From Armatimonadota bacterium (GTDB lineage Bacteria; Armatimonadota; UBA5829; DSUL01): 64,000 nucleotides of DNA. The stretch covers positions 512,001-576,000 of the forward strand of contig JBDHZC010000001.1 in assembly GCA_039811685.1 (NCBI GenBank), written 5' to 3'. Below the pieces are notes generated by a model. The model saw nothing but the letters and a program-made list of their open reading frames with translations. It was not told the origin of the DNA and made no database searches. The position numbers and the translations under genes are program-made. The first letter of the stretch is position 1. The number at the start of each line of letters is the position of its first letter. This document shows positions 22,357-34,028 of this stretch, piece by piece.

Positions 22357-23361
22357 ATGCCATCACACGACAACGAACTCTACGATATCACCATCATCGG
22401 CGGCGGTCCGGTCGGGCTCTTCGCAGCCTTCTACGCCGGCATGCGAAAGATGAAAACGAAGATCATTGACAGCCTACCTGAACTCGGCGGTCAGCTCAGC
22501 ACACTGTATCCAGAGAAATATGTCTACGACATGCCTGGCTTTGCTGAAGTGCTGGCGAGTGATCTGTCAAATGAGATGATCAAGCAGGGAACGCGCTTCG
22601 GCGCGCAGATAGCGCTGGAGGAAACTGTCCGGGAACTGGAGACACTGGAAGGCGGGTCATTCAGGCTCAAAACAGACAAATCAGAGCACCTCAGTAAGAC
22701 CGTTCTCATTTCTGCGGGCGCTGGCGCATTTGCCCCCAAGACCATAGACGTTCCCGGCGTCAAGGACTTTGAGGGTGCTGGCGTTCACTTTTCAGTACGT
22801 GACAAGAGCCAGTTTGCGGGCAAAAAGCTGCTGATTGTCGGAGCGGGAGATTCTGCGCTGGACTGGGCAATGAACCTCGAGCCGCTCTCAGAGAGCATCA
22901 CGCTCATCCATCGGCGTGACATCTTTCGGGCACACGAAGACAGTGTTGACTGGTTGTTCAATCGCTCGCGCGTGCGGTACCGGCTTTTCACTGAGATGCG
23001 CAGGCTGGAGGGCAACGGTCATCTGCAGCGGGTAGTCGTCTATGACAACCGCACAAACGAAGAAGACACCCTGGACATCGACCACTGCCTGATCAACATC
23101 GGCTTTCAGGCGCACATCGGCCCTGTCAAGAACTGGGGGCTAAACATGCAGGGGAACAGCATTGTCGTAGACGCACATTGTGAAACGAGTATCCCGGGGG
23201 TGTACGCGGCCGGAGACATCTGCACGTATGACGGGAAAATCAAGCTGATAGCGACCGGGGTCGGAGAGGCGTGTACAGCCGTGTGCTACGCCAAAGTGCG
23301 CCTGGACCCGAAAGCGCGTACGTTCCCCGGACACTCCACAAACATGGACCTGCGCCTGTAG
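22357..23361 (+). CDS. Ferredoxin--NADP+ reductase, thioredoxin-reductase-like (YumC type)
   Basis: GGGPVGLFAAFY, LYPEKYVYD, GAGDSALDW, HRR, KLIATG, PGHST; no CxxC. Confidence 0.9.
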   Translation: MPSHDNELYDITIIGGGPVGLFAAFYAGMRKMKTKIIDSLPELGGQLSTLYPEKYVYDMPGFAEVLASDLSNEMIKQGTRFGAQIALEETVRELETLEGGSFRLKTDKSEHLSKTVLISAGAGAFAPKTIDVPGVKDFEGAGVHFSVRDKSQFAGKKLLIVGAGDSALDWAMNLEPLSESITLIHRRDIFRAHEDSVDWLFNRSRVRYRLFTEMRRLEGNGHLQRVVVYDNRTNEEDTLDIDHCLINIGFQAHIGPVKNWGLNMQGNSIVVDAHCETSIPGVYAAGDICTYDGKIKLIATGVGEACTAVCYAKVRLDPKARTFPGHSTNMDLRL

Positions 23362-23496
23362 AGTGAGCGGCCTAAGTGCCGCTTTAGCGCAATCTCAGAT
23401 TTCCACGAATTTTGGCAGGCAGCTAGACGTCCTGTGATGAAGCGGCTATCCTGAGTACAGTGCACTGCACTGGCGATCTCACCTGCAGGACTGGCT

Positions 23497-24429
23497 ATGA
23501 CATCTCACGTTTCTCACGCAAGCGCAGGCGAAGGCGACTGGATCAAGACTTCTTCGCACGTCTGCCGCCTGGACAATATCCTCTCGCCGTCGAGCGCCGC
23601 CTACCTCATACTGGATAAGCAGCGCCTCAGCGACACCGTTGTCCGTCTTACTCTCCACGCTCCCCTGGTTGCTCTCAATGCCCAGCCGGGGCAGTTCGTG
23701 CTTATTCGCCCAACAGAGCGCTCCGAACGCATCCCTCTGACCATTTCACACGCGGATCGCGTGAGCGGAGCTGTGACTGTCATCTTTCAGGAAGTCGGAC
23801 ACACGACGCGTGAGCTTGGAGGGCTGGAAAAAGGACAGAGTGTGCAGGATTTTGCGGGTCCGCTTGGAACTCCAAGCGACATTCAGCGCGTCGGCACTGT
23901 CGCTTGTGTAGCGGGCGGTGTGGGCATCGCTGTAATGCTTCCTGTAACCCGGGCACTGAAGGCTGCTGGAAATCGCATCATAGGCATTCTAGGCGCACGA
24001 AACAAGAGCTTGCTCATTCTGGAGGATGAGATGCGTGAAGCGTGCGACGAGCTGGCTATTGTGACGGACGACGGCTCTTACGGTGAGCAAGGTATCGTGA
24101 CAGACGCTTTGGCCGCCCTTACGCAGCGCGACCGCATTGACATGGCCTATGCAATCGGCCCTTTGCCGATGATGCAGGCGGTCTGCGATGTGACCCGTGA
24201 CCAGAGTATTGCGACGGTTGTGAGTCTGGATCCGGTGATGGTGGACGGGACCGGCATGTGCGGAGGCTGTCGTGTCAGAGTCGGTGGCGACGTGAAGTTC
24301 GCCTGTGTGGACGGCCCGGAGTTCGACGGACATCTGGTGGACTGGGATTCCCTAAGGTCGCGAAAAGCGGGTTATCGGGAGCAGGAGCAGAAGGCGCGTG
24401 AAGCGTCTGAGGAGGCACATCATGCCTAA
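23497..24429 (+). CDS. nfnA: NfnA/SudB-like small subunit of electron-bifurcating transhydrogenase
   Basis: PGQFV, ERIPLTI, GPLG, DGTGMCGGCRV, FACVDGPEFDGH; start uncertain. Confidence 0.85.
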   Translation: MTSHVSHASAGEGDWIKTSSHVCRLDNILSPSSAAYLILDKQRLSDTVVRLTLHAPLVALNAQPGQFVLIRPTERSERIPLTISHADRVSGAVTVIFQEVGHTTRELGGLEKGQSVQDFAGPLGTPSDIQRVGTVACVAGGVGIAVMLPVTRALKAAGNRIIGILGARNKSLLILEDEMREACDELAIVTDDGSYGEQGIVTDALAALTQRDRIDMAYAIGPLPMMQAVCDVTRDQSIATVVSLDPVMVDGTGMCGGCRVRVGGDVKFACVDGPEFDGHLVDWDSLRSRKAGYREQEQKAREASEEAHHA

Positions 24430-25852
24430 ACGAGAACACCTCCCGCGGACGCCCATGCCGGAACAGGACCCGAAACAGCGCGCTACCAATTTTGACGAAG
24501 TCACGCTGGGCTATACGCCTGAGATGGCCATGGCGGAGGCCAGCCGCTGTCTTGCCTGCAAACAGAAGCCTTGCGTGCGCGGCTGTCCGGTGAACATCAA
24601 CATCCCCGAATTTGTGCGCAAGGTTGCTGAAGGAGATTTTGGCGCCGCTGCCGAGGAGATTGCCCGCGCCAACGCTCTGGCCTCTGTGTGTGGCCGCGTG
24701 TGCCCGCAGGAAGAGCAGTGCGAGAAGTACTGTCTGATGGCCAAAGTGAACGGCGCGGTGGCCATTGGCCGCCTGGAGCGATTTACCGCTGACTGGCATG
24801 CCGCTCACGCCGACACCAACCATTGCGACGTGAGCGATCGAGAACCGTTGGACCAGAAAGTGGCCATTATCGGCGCCGGACCCGCAGGGCTGACCGCTGC
24901 CGGAGACCTGGCCAGAGCGGGTTACAAGGTAACGGTTTTTGAAGCGCTGCACGAAATTGGCGGCGTTTTGCGCTACGGAATCCCTGAGTTCCGTCTACCG
25001 CGCGAAATTCTGGACAGAGAGATCGAGTCTATCAGGTCAATGGGCGTCGATTTTATGACAAACGTCGTCATTGGCAAGACGCTGACTATCGATCAGTTGC
25101 GGGAAAGTGGATTTGACGCGATCTTTGTCGGCACTGGCGCTGGGTTACCCACATTTCTGAATATCCCGGGAGAAGACTTGAACGGCGTGTACTCCTCCAA
25201 CGAGTTTCTCACGCGTGTAAACCTGATGAACGCCAAGGACTTTCCAAACGAAGGCACTCCTGTGCGCATACCGGTGAAAGCTGTGGTCGTCGGAGCAGGG
25301 AACACTGCTATGGATTCTGCGCGCACTGCGCTGCGTCTGGGCGCTCAAGAAGTGCATATCGTCTACAGGCGCTCCCGCGACGAAATGCCTGCCCGTGCAG
25401 AAGAGCTGCACCATGCTGAGGAGGAAGGCGTTCAATTCAACCTGCTTGTAAATCCGGTCGCCTTTCTGGAGGGAGACAAAGGCTGGCTGCGAGGCGTGCG
25501 TTGTCAGCGGATGCAGCTTGGAGAGCCGGATGAATCCGGGCGGCGAAGGCCAATTCCCATTCCGGAGACTGAGTTCGATATCGAAGCCGACACAGCGATT
25601 GTGGCGGTTGGACAGTCCCCAAACCCTCTTATCCGCTCCACGACAGATGGGCTCAAGACAACTCCATGGGGCGGCATTGTGGTCAATGAGGAGACCGGTG
25701 AAACATCGATTCCGGGCGTCTATGCAGGTGGCGACGCTGTAACTGGCGCTGCGACAGTCATCACGGCAATGGGCGCGGGAAGACGCTCGGCGATAAGCAT
25801 TGACGCTTATCTGAAAGCCCTGCGTGAGAACAACAACAAGGTTAGTGAGTGA
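24422..25852 (+). CDS. nfnB: NfnB/SudA-like large subunit (glutamate synthase beta-like)
   Basis: RCLACKQKPC..GCP, CGRVCPQEEQCE, GAGPAG, YGIPEFRLP, GNTAMD, GAATVI; overlaps the nfnA-like gene. Confidence 0.85.
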   Translation: MPKREHLPRTPMPEQDPKQRATNFDEVTLGYTPEMAMAEASRCLACKQKPCVRGCPVNINIPEFVRKVAEGDFGAAAEEIARANALASVCGRVCPQEEQCEKYCLMAKVNGAVAIGRLERFTADWHAAHADTNHCDVSDREPLDQKVAIIGAGPAGLTAAGDLARAGYKVTVFEALHEIGGVLRYGIPEFRLPREILDREIESIRSMGVDFMTNVVIGKTLTIDQLRESGFDAIFVGTGAGLPTFLNIPGEDLNGVYSSNEFLTRVNLMNAKDFPNEGTPVRIPVKAVVVGAGNTAMDSARTALRLGAQEVHIVYRRSRDEMPARAEELHHAEEEGVQFNLLVNPVAFLEGDKGWLRGVRCQRMQLGEPDESGRRRPIPIPETEFDIEADTAIVAVGQSPNPLIRSTTDGLKTTPWGGIVVNEETGETSIPGVYAGGDAVTGAATVITAMGAGRRSAISIDAYLKALRENNNKVSE

Positions 25853-26739
25853 AGTATCTGGAGCCCGCGAACAGCCTGCTCAGCGACCCCTTAGCCCTGC
25901 GCGTGCGGGCAGACCGCGACGGATGCCTACTGCTATGCCAGGTTTTCGACACGGAAAGTCTCCTTGCGCTGCGGCGTCAAATTTTGGAGCTTTGTGAGAG
26001 CTTCGGGTGGCTCGCATACGGCTCATCACTCATGGACGGCATCGCCAACTTTGGCGCCACTCCCGAGGAGCTGGACGAGCGTTTCATGGCGCTCTACAGT
26101 GAGCTTCTGAAGCTGGAAGACTTCCACGCATTGGCGCACTATCCGGCGCTGGTGCATGCCTTTGAAAAACTTTTCGGGGAGAGCGTGCTGATCCACCCGC
26201 GTAACATCGCCCGAATAATCTTTCCTCAAAACGTCAAGCACACAACTCCTGCGCACCAGGACTTTGTGCATATTCAGGGCACGCCGGACACCTGGACAGC
26301 CTGGACTCCACTTGGGGACTGTCCCATTGAACAGGGCGCTCTCGCCTTTCTGATCGGCTCCCACAAGCAGGGTATCTACCCTACCCACCAGGCATACGGA
26401 GCTGGTGGGCTTGGTATTGAGACGGACGAGTTGCCCTTTGAGTGGCGCACCTGGGATTTCAAGATTGGAGACACCGTGATTTTCCACAGCCACAATATTC
26501 ACAAGGCGCTGCCAAATCTGACAGCAGACCGTATCCGGCTTTCTGTGGACTATCGCTATCAGCCTGTCTCCCAGCCCGTCACAGAAGGATCTCTTCTGCC
26601 GCACATGACTGGGCAGAGCTGGGAGGATATCTACAAAGGCTGGCGGCGCACAGAGCTTCAGTACTACTGGGAAGCGTTTCCTCTGAAGCTGGCGGACTGG
26701 TCAGGGCAGTATCACCAAAAAGCCGCGCCTGGGGGCTGA
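25849..26739 (+). CDS. Phytanoyl-CoA dioxygenase (PhyH) family Fe/2OG oxygenase
   Basis: HQD...H triad, WTPLGD, GSH, RLSVDYRYQ. Confidence 0.88.
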   Translation: MKYLEPANSLLSDPLALRVRADRDGCLLLCQVFDTESLLALRRQILELCESFGWLAYGSSLMDGIANFGATPEELDERFMALYSELLKLEDFHALAHYPALVHAFEKLFGESVLIHPRNIARIIFPQNVKHTTPAHQDFVHIQGTPDTWTAWTPLGDCPIEQGALAFLIGSHKQGIYPTHQAYGAGGLGIETDELPFEWRTWDFKIGDTVIFHSHNIHKALPNLTADRIRLSVDYRYQPVSQPVTEGSLLPHMTGQSWEDIYKGWRRTELQYYWEAFPLKLADWSGQYHQKAAPGG

Positions 26740-26780
26740 CAGCGGTAGCCCTTGATCAGCTCTTCTGTTTCCTCTGCCGG

Positions 26781-28046
26781 CTAAGCGTCATTACACAGCC
26801 AGTCCACAGCCTGCTTCAGCGCACAATAGGGAAGCGTGGCGGAAGCGCAGTAGAGTGGGTTGACGTAGTAGCCGAGCTCGGGATTGACATATTCCCACGG
26901 AGCGCCTTTCTCGCGCTGGTTTTCGATATTCTCAACGAAATCCAGCAGCACCTTATCTGCCAGCGCCGGATCAGCCTTGGACACGGCATAGATGAACCAG
27001 CCTGACGGGGTCGCCCAGTACGGTCCATTCTGGAAAATACCGCGGCGCAGCGGAGACTGCTCCCAGAACTCACCCGCCGGGAGATGGCGCACCTGTCCCT
27101 GAAAGACAACGCCCGGATCGGCAGCATGCTGGCTAAGGCGGCGGCAGAGCTTCATTTCCATGTCTTCTGGCAGCAAACCAAGCCAGACGGCGTACGCCTG
27201 CGCCCAGATATCTTCTTTGTGGCCGATTCCTGTGGCTGAAATCAGAATGCCAGTGCCGTCGTCCCTCTGTTCAAAAAACACTTCTGGAATCCGGTGTTGG
27301 ATGGAGGCAGCGATACACTCGTAGCCATCCGCCCGGCTTGTGTCACCCAATTGACGGAACAACGAAGAGAGGTCCTTAGCCGCTCTCCAACGCAGAAGCG
27401 TCGGCATCACGCACAGACCTGTCTTCCTTATGGAATCGCAGAATCCCCAGTCTACGCGGGTCTTGCCCTGCTCCGGAGAGCAAATGACGACATCATCCTC
27501 CACCTCAACCGAGTTGAACGCTTTCTCGCTGATCTCTGAGAGTGGCGCTTTGCCCCAGGGCGTCTCCATTATCGTGTTCATCAGATACGGGGATTTGGTT
27601 AGAGAGGCGTGTTCGGCGATTATCTGAATGAAGAAATAGCCGTTGTCGGCGGGCGTCAGAAATCCATATGTTCCGTCACCCTGATCCTCACCCTCATAGG
27701 CTCCGGGAAACCAGCAACTCTGTCTGTCCAGCGTGATATGGTCTGGAATGGAGAACGGGGGAATAAAAAGCCCATTTGCCAGATGAATGCCGTCCTGTCC
27801 CGGCTGTGTCGAGGCGCACACCTTGATCCATCCCTCCACGCGATCTGCACCCACAAGGTCCGCCCCCAGCGCCATCGCTGAGTCGCGTGGCCAGAAAGCC
27901 GGATAGGCAGCCTGACCGTCTGGCATCAGGAGCCACTCACCTGTCGTGTTGGCGCGATCCTTAATGACAGCATCTGGCGAAACACTGCACGCCTCCAGCA
28001 TCTCTACCGCAATCAGGCGAAGTCTTGACAAAAGCTCACTTCTCAT
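26781..28046 (-). CDS. Six-hairpin glycosidase-like protein
   Basis: YPAFWPRD, WGFCD, FQNGPYWATP, PWEY motifs. Confidence 0.7.
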   Translation of the reverse strand: MRSELLSRLRLIAVEMLEACSVSPDAVIKDRANTTGEWLLMPDGQAAYPAFWPRDSAMALGADLVGADRVEGWIKVCASTQPGQDGIHLANGLFIPPFSIPDHITLDRQSCWFPGAYEGEDQGDGTYGFLTPADNGYFFIQIIAEHASLTKSPYLMNTIMETPWGKAPLSEISEKAFNSVEVEDDVVICSPEQGKTRVDWGFCDSIRKTGLCVMPTLLRWRAAKDLSSLFRQLGDTSRADGYECIAASIQHRIPEVFFEQRDDGTGILISATGIGHKEDIWAQAYAVWLGLLPEDMEMKLCRRLSQHAADPGVVFQGQVRHLPAGEFWEQSPLRRGIFQNGPYWATPSGWFIYAVSKADPALADKVLLDFVENIENQREKGAPWEYVNPELGYYVNPLYCASATLPYCALKQAVDWLCNDA

Positions 28047-28105
28047 ATCGAACCTCAGATTCTATTCTCAGGCGTCTTCAGTCGTCACCGGCTGTCCCAC
28101 TCCCT

Positions 28106-29791
28106 TCAGTCCTCAATGCGGATCTGCTCCGGAGCTTTGACCTCTGTCGTTACGTTCCCATTTTTCTTGACTTGGTGAATGACTTCGATCGGGCCGTGTG
28201 GCGTAGGCACGACGCCGTGCGCCCACTCCAATCCAGATAGATGTGGTCGGACGATTGCCGTGGCGAAACCTGGAGATGTCGGCCGCACACCGAGGACATG
28301 CTCTGAAAGCCACGCCGTCGGCCCCGCCGCCCACCCGTGACAGAAGCTGTGGCGCAACCCTTCGTAGCAGTAGTCGCCCTTTGATGTGTGAATGTCCACT
28401 CTTCCATCAGGGACAACCTCGTCAATGCGCCCGGCATTTTCCATCCAGTCGATCTCGAAGTGTTCCCAGAAAGTTGTCGCGCCAAGGTCCAGCATCCCAC
28501 CCCAGTATCTGCGAATCAACTCCAGACAGCCGGCATAGTCTCCCGCCTTTGCTCGCGCCTCCAGAACGTAGTACCCGTAAAACGTCGACAGCCCTCGAAA
28601 CGGGTCTACAGACAGGATTCTATCGTTAACCTGCTCTGCATCCGCCATTCCCGCGAGCGATATCAGGGCGTTGGCCTGCTTGGAATCACTCGCGGGAGGT
28701 TTCACTGACGCACACAACCGCGCCAGCGACGCGGTTTTTTCAGCCAGGTCGCTGTCCTGCAGCGCGCTGAGAATTGCAGCCGCGCGATCCAGAGCAATAG
28801 AAAGAAGCGCCTGCAACCCTTCTGCGATGGCAACAGGGTCTTCGGCGGTCGGCCACTCAATGAATCGCCAGCCATCCAGCTTTTCCGCCCCGCTTGCGTC
28901 AATGTGCTCCTCGACGTAGGCCAGGAGTGGCAGGAGGTAGTCGCGCTGCTCACGCAGATAGGACACGTCTCCGTGGTAGAGAAACCAGTCGTAGTGCGTG
29001 ATAATCCACCACAGCGAATACGACGATACGCCATTCATCCATCCTGGCAGAGGCGTGCTGTCCCGCACCAGGTCCAGGCTCTCATCAACCGCTTTGTTGC
29101 GCCCGAAAACCGCGCTGATGACCCGTGTCTCCGGGTGGATATCACCAATCCACGTCAGGCGGTCGCGCTTTATGGCATCCCAGATGGAGTCCTGCATACA
29201 CAGATGCACCGTTCGAGCGCCCACGTCCCATATTTCGTTCAGCCGGAGATCGCTGCACGCAAATGAGCCAATGCGCGGGATATCACGGTAGATAGCCACC
29301 GCGGATACCCGGCGCAGGTCAATCGAAGTTTCCTCATCCAGCAAATCGATACGCACAAATCTGAAGCCAGTGCATCCGACTTCCACATAGCCCATCCACG
29401 CAACCCGAGTCTCGAAATCGTGAATCGTGTGATCGTTATTTGGCTCACCCATCGCTTCAGACACCGATTCTCCAAAGCGGATGCGTACTCTGGCGGACTT
29501 GCCGGTACTGGTCGTTGGCACATCCAGACGGATGCCTCCGTGCATCTCACGCCCGTAATCCAGAACCAGCGCGGACCCCACGCCCGCCTGCATTTTGCAC
29601 GCCGGTACGACGGTCCCGATCTCCATAGTGGAAACACCGAGCTTCGCCCCGACTAAATGGTCAGCGCCAGTTACGCCTTGAGGAGAAGTCCAGACCACGC
29701 GCGTTGGCGACACAAACTCGCGCACTCTGGGGTCGAGTCGCCTGGGTCCGGGAACGGAAAGGGCGACGGTGTTGTGGTGATTTTCAGCCAT
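28106..29791 (-). CDS. Alpha-L-rhamnosidase-like protein (GH78-type)
   Basis: LDYGRE, GFRFV, DAIKRDRLTWIGD, GATTFWE, SFCHGW, VPTPHG. Confidence 0.88.
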   Translation of the reverse strand: MAENHHNTVALSVPGPRRLDPRVREFVSPTRVVWTSPQGVTGADHLVGAKLGVSTMEIGTVVPACKMQAGVGSALVLDYGREMHGGIRLDVPTTSTGKSARVRIRFGESVSEAMGEPNNDHTIHDFETRVAWMGYVEVGCTGFRFVRIDLLDEETSIDLRRVSAVAIYRDIPRIGSFACSDLRLNEIWDVGARTVHLCMQDSIWDAIKRDRLTWIGDIHPETRVISAVFGRNKAVDESLDLVRDSTPLPGWMNGVSSYSLWWIITHYDWFLYHGDVSYLREQRDYLLPLLAYVEEHIDASGAEKLDGWRFIEWPTAEDPVAIAEGLQALLSIALDRAAAILSALQDSDLAEKTASLARLCASVKPPASDSKQANALISLAGMADAEQVNDRILSVDPFRGLSTFYGYYVLEARAKAGDYAGCLELIRRYWGGMLDLGATTFWEHFEIDWMENAGRIDEVVPDGRVDIHTSKGDYCYEGLRHSFCHGWAAGPTAWLSEHVLGVRPTSPGFATAIVRPHLSGLEWAHGVVPTPHGPIEVIHQVKKNGNVTTEVKAPEQIRIED

Positions 29792-29950
29792 GAATCCTCT
29801 GCCAGTATCTCGAGTAACGAACCCGGTTCATTTTACTGCCTATCGTTCCCGGAGGTCAGAGGGTTCTCCTGCGCTAATAGACATACCAGTCTCTGGACTC
29901 ATTGCTTTGAGGCCAGAAACGAGTTGCGCAAAGAAAGTCAGAACACAAAA

Positions 29951-31219
29951 TTGAGTAGCAAACACAGCCTGAGGGTCGGCGTCATTGGCTTCGGCAGGCG
30001 CATACAGGGCGTATTGAGCGCGATGCAGGGGATGGCGGACCTTGAGTTGGTGGGCGTCACCGATGTCCGCAATGAACAAATACGCGACCAGATGCAGGAC
30101 TCGGGCAAAAATCCGGAAAGCGTTCATTTCTACGACGATGCCGACCGGATGCTGGACGAAGAGACTCTTGACGGCGTCCTGGTAGGCACGAGGTGTTCAC
30201 TGCACACGCAAATGGCGTGCAAGGCCCTGAAGCGCAATATCCCGCTTTATCTGGAAAAGCCGGTTGCGACGACAATGGCCGATCTTATGGCTTTGCGGGA
30301 CGCCTCACGGGTAAGCCAGAGTGAAGTCGTTGTGTCTTTTCCGCTGCGAGTCACACCGCTTGTTCAGGTGGCAAAAGACATCATTGATGCAGGAGAGATA
30401 GGCACTGTTGAGCACGTACAGGCCGTCAACAACGTCCCCTACGGGATGGTCTATTACATGGACTGGTACAGGGATGAAACTGAGACGCGCGGGCTGTGGC
30501 TGCAAAAAGCGACACACGACTTTGACTACCTGAACTACCTTTTGAGGATCCGCCCCATAAGCATCTGCGCCATGACGTCCAAGCAGATTATGAAAGGCCC
30601 CTATCCCGCCGGTCACAATTGTGATGAATGCCTGGACTGGGAGAAATGCCTGGAGAGTCCTTTCCACATCCACTATTCTCGCGGCGAAAGCGCCGCAGTC
30701 ACAAAAAACGGCCTGATGTGCGCCTTTGCTGAGGACACGGGTAACGAAGACTCAGGCAGCGCGCTTATCCGGTACGAAAGTGGCATGCATCTCAGCTACT
30801 CCCAGAATTTTTTCGCTCGCCGTTCCGCCGGAAAGCGCGGCGCGACGCTGCTGGGGTACAAAGGGACGCTCGAGTTTGACTGGTACACTGATGAAGTGAA
30901 GGTCATCATGCACCATAAACCGCGGGTAGTGACTCATAAGATGGAGAGCTCTTCGTTTTCTCATGGCGGTGGTGATACGGTGCTTGCGGACAATTTTGTC
31001 GCAGTCATGCAGGGGAGACAGCAGTCCGTTTCTCCTATCGATGCCGGACTGCTGAGTGTCCTGATGTGTTTGAAAGCTAAAGAATCGGAAGAAACCAAGA
31101 CCTACAAGGACGTAGCGTACCCGGACAATGCGCCTTTGCCGGACATAAAGGACGTACTCGGGTCTCCAGTGCGCCAGACACCCGGTATCCCAGGCACGCA
31201 CTTACACGCGCCAGGCTAA
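29951..31219 (+). CDS. Gfo/Idh/MocA oxidoreductase
   Basis: VGVIGFG, LEKPVA, LQKATHDFD, HGGGD; start placed at TTG 29951. Confidence 0.88.
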   Translation: MSSKHSLRVGVIGFGRRIQGVLSAMQGMADLELVGVTDVRNEQIRDQMQDSGKNPESVHFYDDADRMLDEETLDGVLVGTRCSLHTQMACKALKRNIPLYLEKPVATTMADLMALRDASRVSQSEVVVSFPLRVTPLVQVAKDIIDAGEIGTVEHVQAVNNVPYGMVYYMDWYRDETETRGLWLQKATHDFDYLNYLLRIRPISICAMTSKQIMKGPYPAGHNCDECLDWEKCLESPFHIHYSRGESAAVTKNGLMCAFAEDTGNEDSGSALIRYESGMHLSYSQNFFARRSAGKRGATLLGYKGTLEFDWYTDEVKVIMHHKPRVVTHKMESSSFSHGGGDTVLADNFVAVMQGRQQSVSPIDAGLLSVLMCLKAKESEETKTYKDVAYPDNAPLPDIKDVLGSPVRQTPGIPGTHLHAPG

Positions 31220-31285
31220 AGTCAGACCTGACGCACTGAGCGGCACGGCAAACTGGCGATCAGCGGCAGGCCATCGAGAGCCAGG

Positions 31286-31328
31286 AAAAACAGCCCCCAC
31301 TTCCCCGAAATCTGGAAGTGAGGGCTGT
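31286..31328 (-). terminator. Rho-independent terminator of groESL
   Basis: Minus-strand hairpin CAGCCCTCACTTCC..GGAAGTGGGGGCTG followed by a T run. Confidence 0.75.
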
Positions 31329-31396
31329 AGTCTGTACGGCTGTAATTGCCAGAAGAGAGACCGCCTGCTTCCAGGCGGTCCCGGTAGAGCGTATGT

Positions 31397-33100
<1,704 letters not shown>

Positions 33101-33391
33101 CTACTTGCCGTTGACTACGGCGAGTATGTCGTCCTGGCGGAGGATAACGTACTCCTCGCCCTCGACCTTCACCTCTGTCCCGCCGTACTTGCTGTAGATG
33201 ACGCGGTCCCCGACCTTCACGTCCACGGGAGCCGTCTTGCCGGAATCCAGCACTTTGCCGGGCCCGACAGCGATAACCTCTCCCTCCTGCGGCTTCTCCT
33301 TCGCGGTGTCGGGAAGGATGATTCCGCCCTTGGAGACCTCTTCGGCGGTCTTTGTCTGGACCACCACACGATCGCTGAGTGGCTTGATCAT
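33101..33391 (-). CDS. groS: Co-chaperonin GroES
   Basis: [39 protein letters not shown]. Confidence 0.99.
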   Translation of the reverse strand: MIKPLSDRVVVQTKTAEEVSKGGIILPDTAKEKPQEGEVIAVGPGKVLDSGKTAPVDVKVGDRVIYSKYGGTEVKVEGEEYVILRQDDILAVVNGK

Positions 33392-33455
33392 AGTGAACCT
33401 CCTGTTAGGCTGCGCGCGCCCTGACATCCGCCAGCCGCGCGGACTTCACAAACCT

Positions 33456-33482
33456 TTAGCAGTCTCAGCACCTGAGTGCTAA
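33456..33482 (-). promoter_or_regulatory. CIRCE element 1 (HrcA operator)
   Basis: TTAGCACTC-N9-GACTGCTAA, one mismatch to consensus. Confidence 0.92.
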
Positions 33483-33492
33483 AGCCGATAGG

Positions 33493-33521
33493 ACTATACC
33501 CAACGTTTCTAGCAGTCGCAA
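33493..33521 (-). promoter_or_regulatory. groESL sigma70 promoter
   Basis: TTGCGA-17 bp-TATAGT between and overlapping the CIRCE boxes. Confidence 0.75.
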
Positions 33522-33535
33522 GGGGAAAGTGCTAA
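33509..33535 (-). promoter_or_regulatory. CIRCE element 2
   Basis: TTAGCACTT-N9-GACTGCTAG overlapping the -35 element. Confidence 0.82.
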
Positions 33536-33686
33536 AGGGAAAAGCGGACGAAAGAGCATTGACAGTCTCGGAGGCGCTGTGGCGAGAAGGCGGCCGCGGC
33601 TACACCTGGTATAACTTTCTTGGGATATAGCCTACCGGCAGAACGGAGGGCACCATAACTCTCCCGTGTATTGCCTCTCCCGGTCC

Positions 33687-33722
33687 GGTTCTCATAAGTC
33701 TCATCCATCCCATATGTCCCAT
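33687..33722. repeat. 9-bp tandem array (4 degenerate units)
   Basis: GGTTCTCAT AAGTCTCAT CCATCCCAT ATGTCCCAT. Confidence 0.7.
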
Positions 33723-33774
33723 TTCCGGCCGAGATTTGTCGGCCCGGTTGGCCTCGCCCCCGTTTCCGGGGTAA

Positions 33775-33807
33775 CAAAAAAGCCCCCGGCTCAACTGCCG
33801 AAGGCTC
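33775..33807 (-). terminator. Rho-independent terminator
   Basis: Minus strand AGCCTTCGGC-AGTTGA-GCCGGGGGCT followed by a T run. Confidence 0.75.
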
Positions 33808-33845
33808 GAAACCTGTATATGTCCCAGAGTCGCATACCTCCCATA

Positions 33846-34028
33846 TCAGTCCTGCTTGATCTTCTCAGACCAGATCACGTCACCATCTTTCTCAAGAGTC
33901 ACCGTCTTCAGCTCTTTTTCGGGATATGTGCAAGAAGCCGCTTCGTTCATAGCCCGCGCTCCATCTGTTGTCTCAAACGAACGCTTGGAGCCATCCGAGT
34001 AGATCACGGTCATTTTGTAAATTGCCAT
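33846..34028 (-). CDS. Small hypothetical protein (60 aa), phage-like
   Basis: Protein-like composition (YKMTVIYSDGSKRSFET); followed by a terminator. Confidence 0.55.
   Translation of the reverse strand: MAIYKMTVIYSDGSKRSFETTDGARAMNEAASCTYPEKELKTVTLEKDGDVIWSEKIKQD

Noticed and set aside
24422..25852. Glutamate synthase small subunit gltD
   Set aside because: No gltB nearby, and it is paired with an NfnA-like gene
29657..29950. Long N-terminal extensions in the ORF track (also gnd 7696-7848, ybeY 59783-59971, pilin 53260-53508)
   Set aside because: Overlap neighbouring genes or precede a better start (SD-supported for gnd and the pilin); not homolog-like
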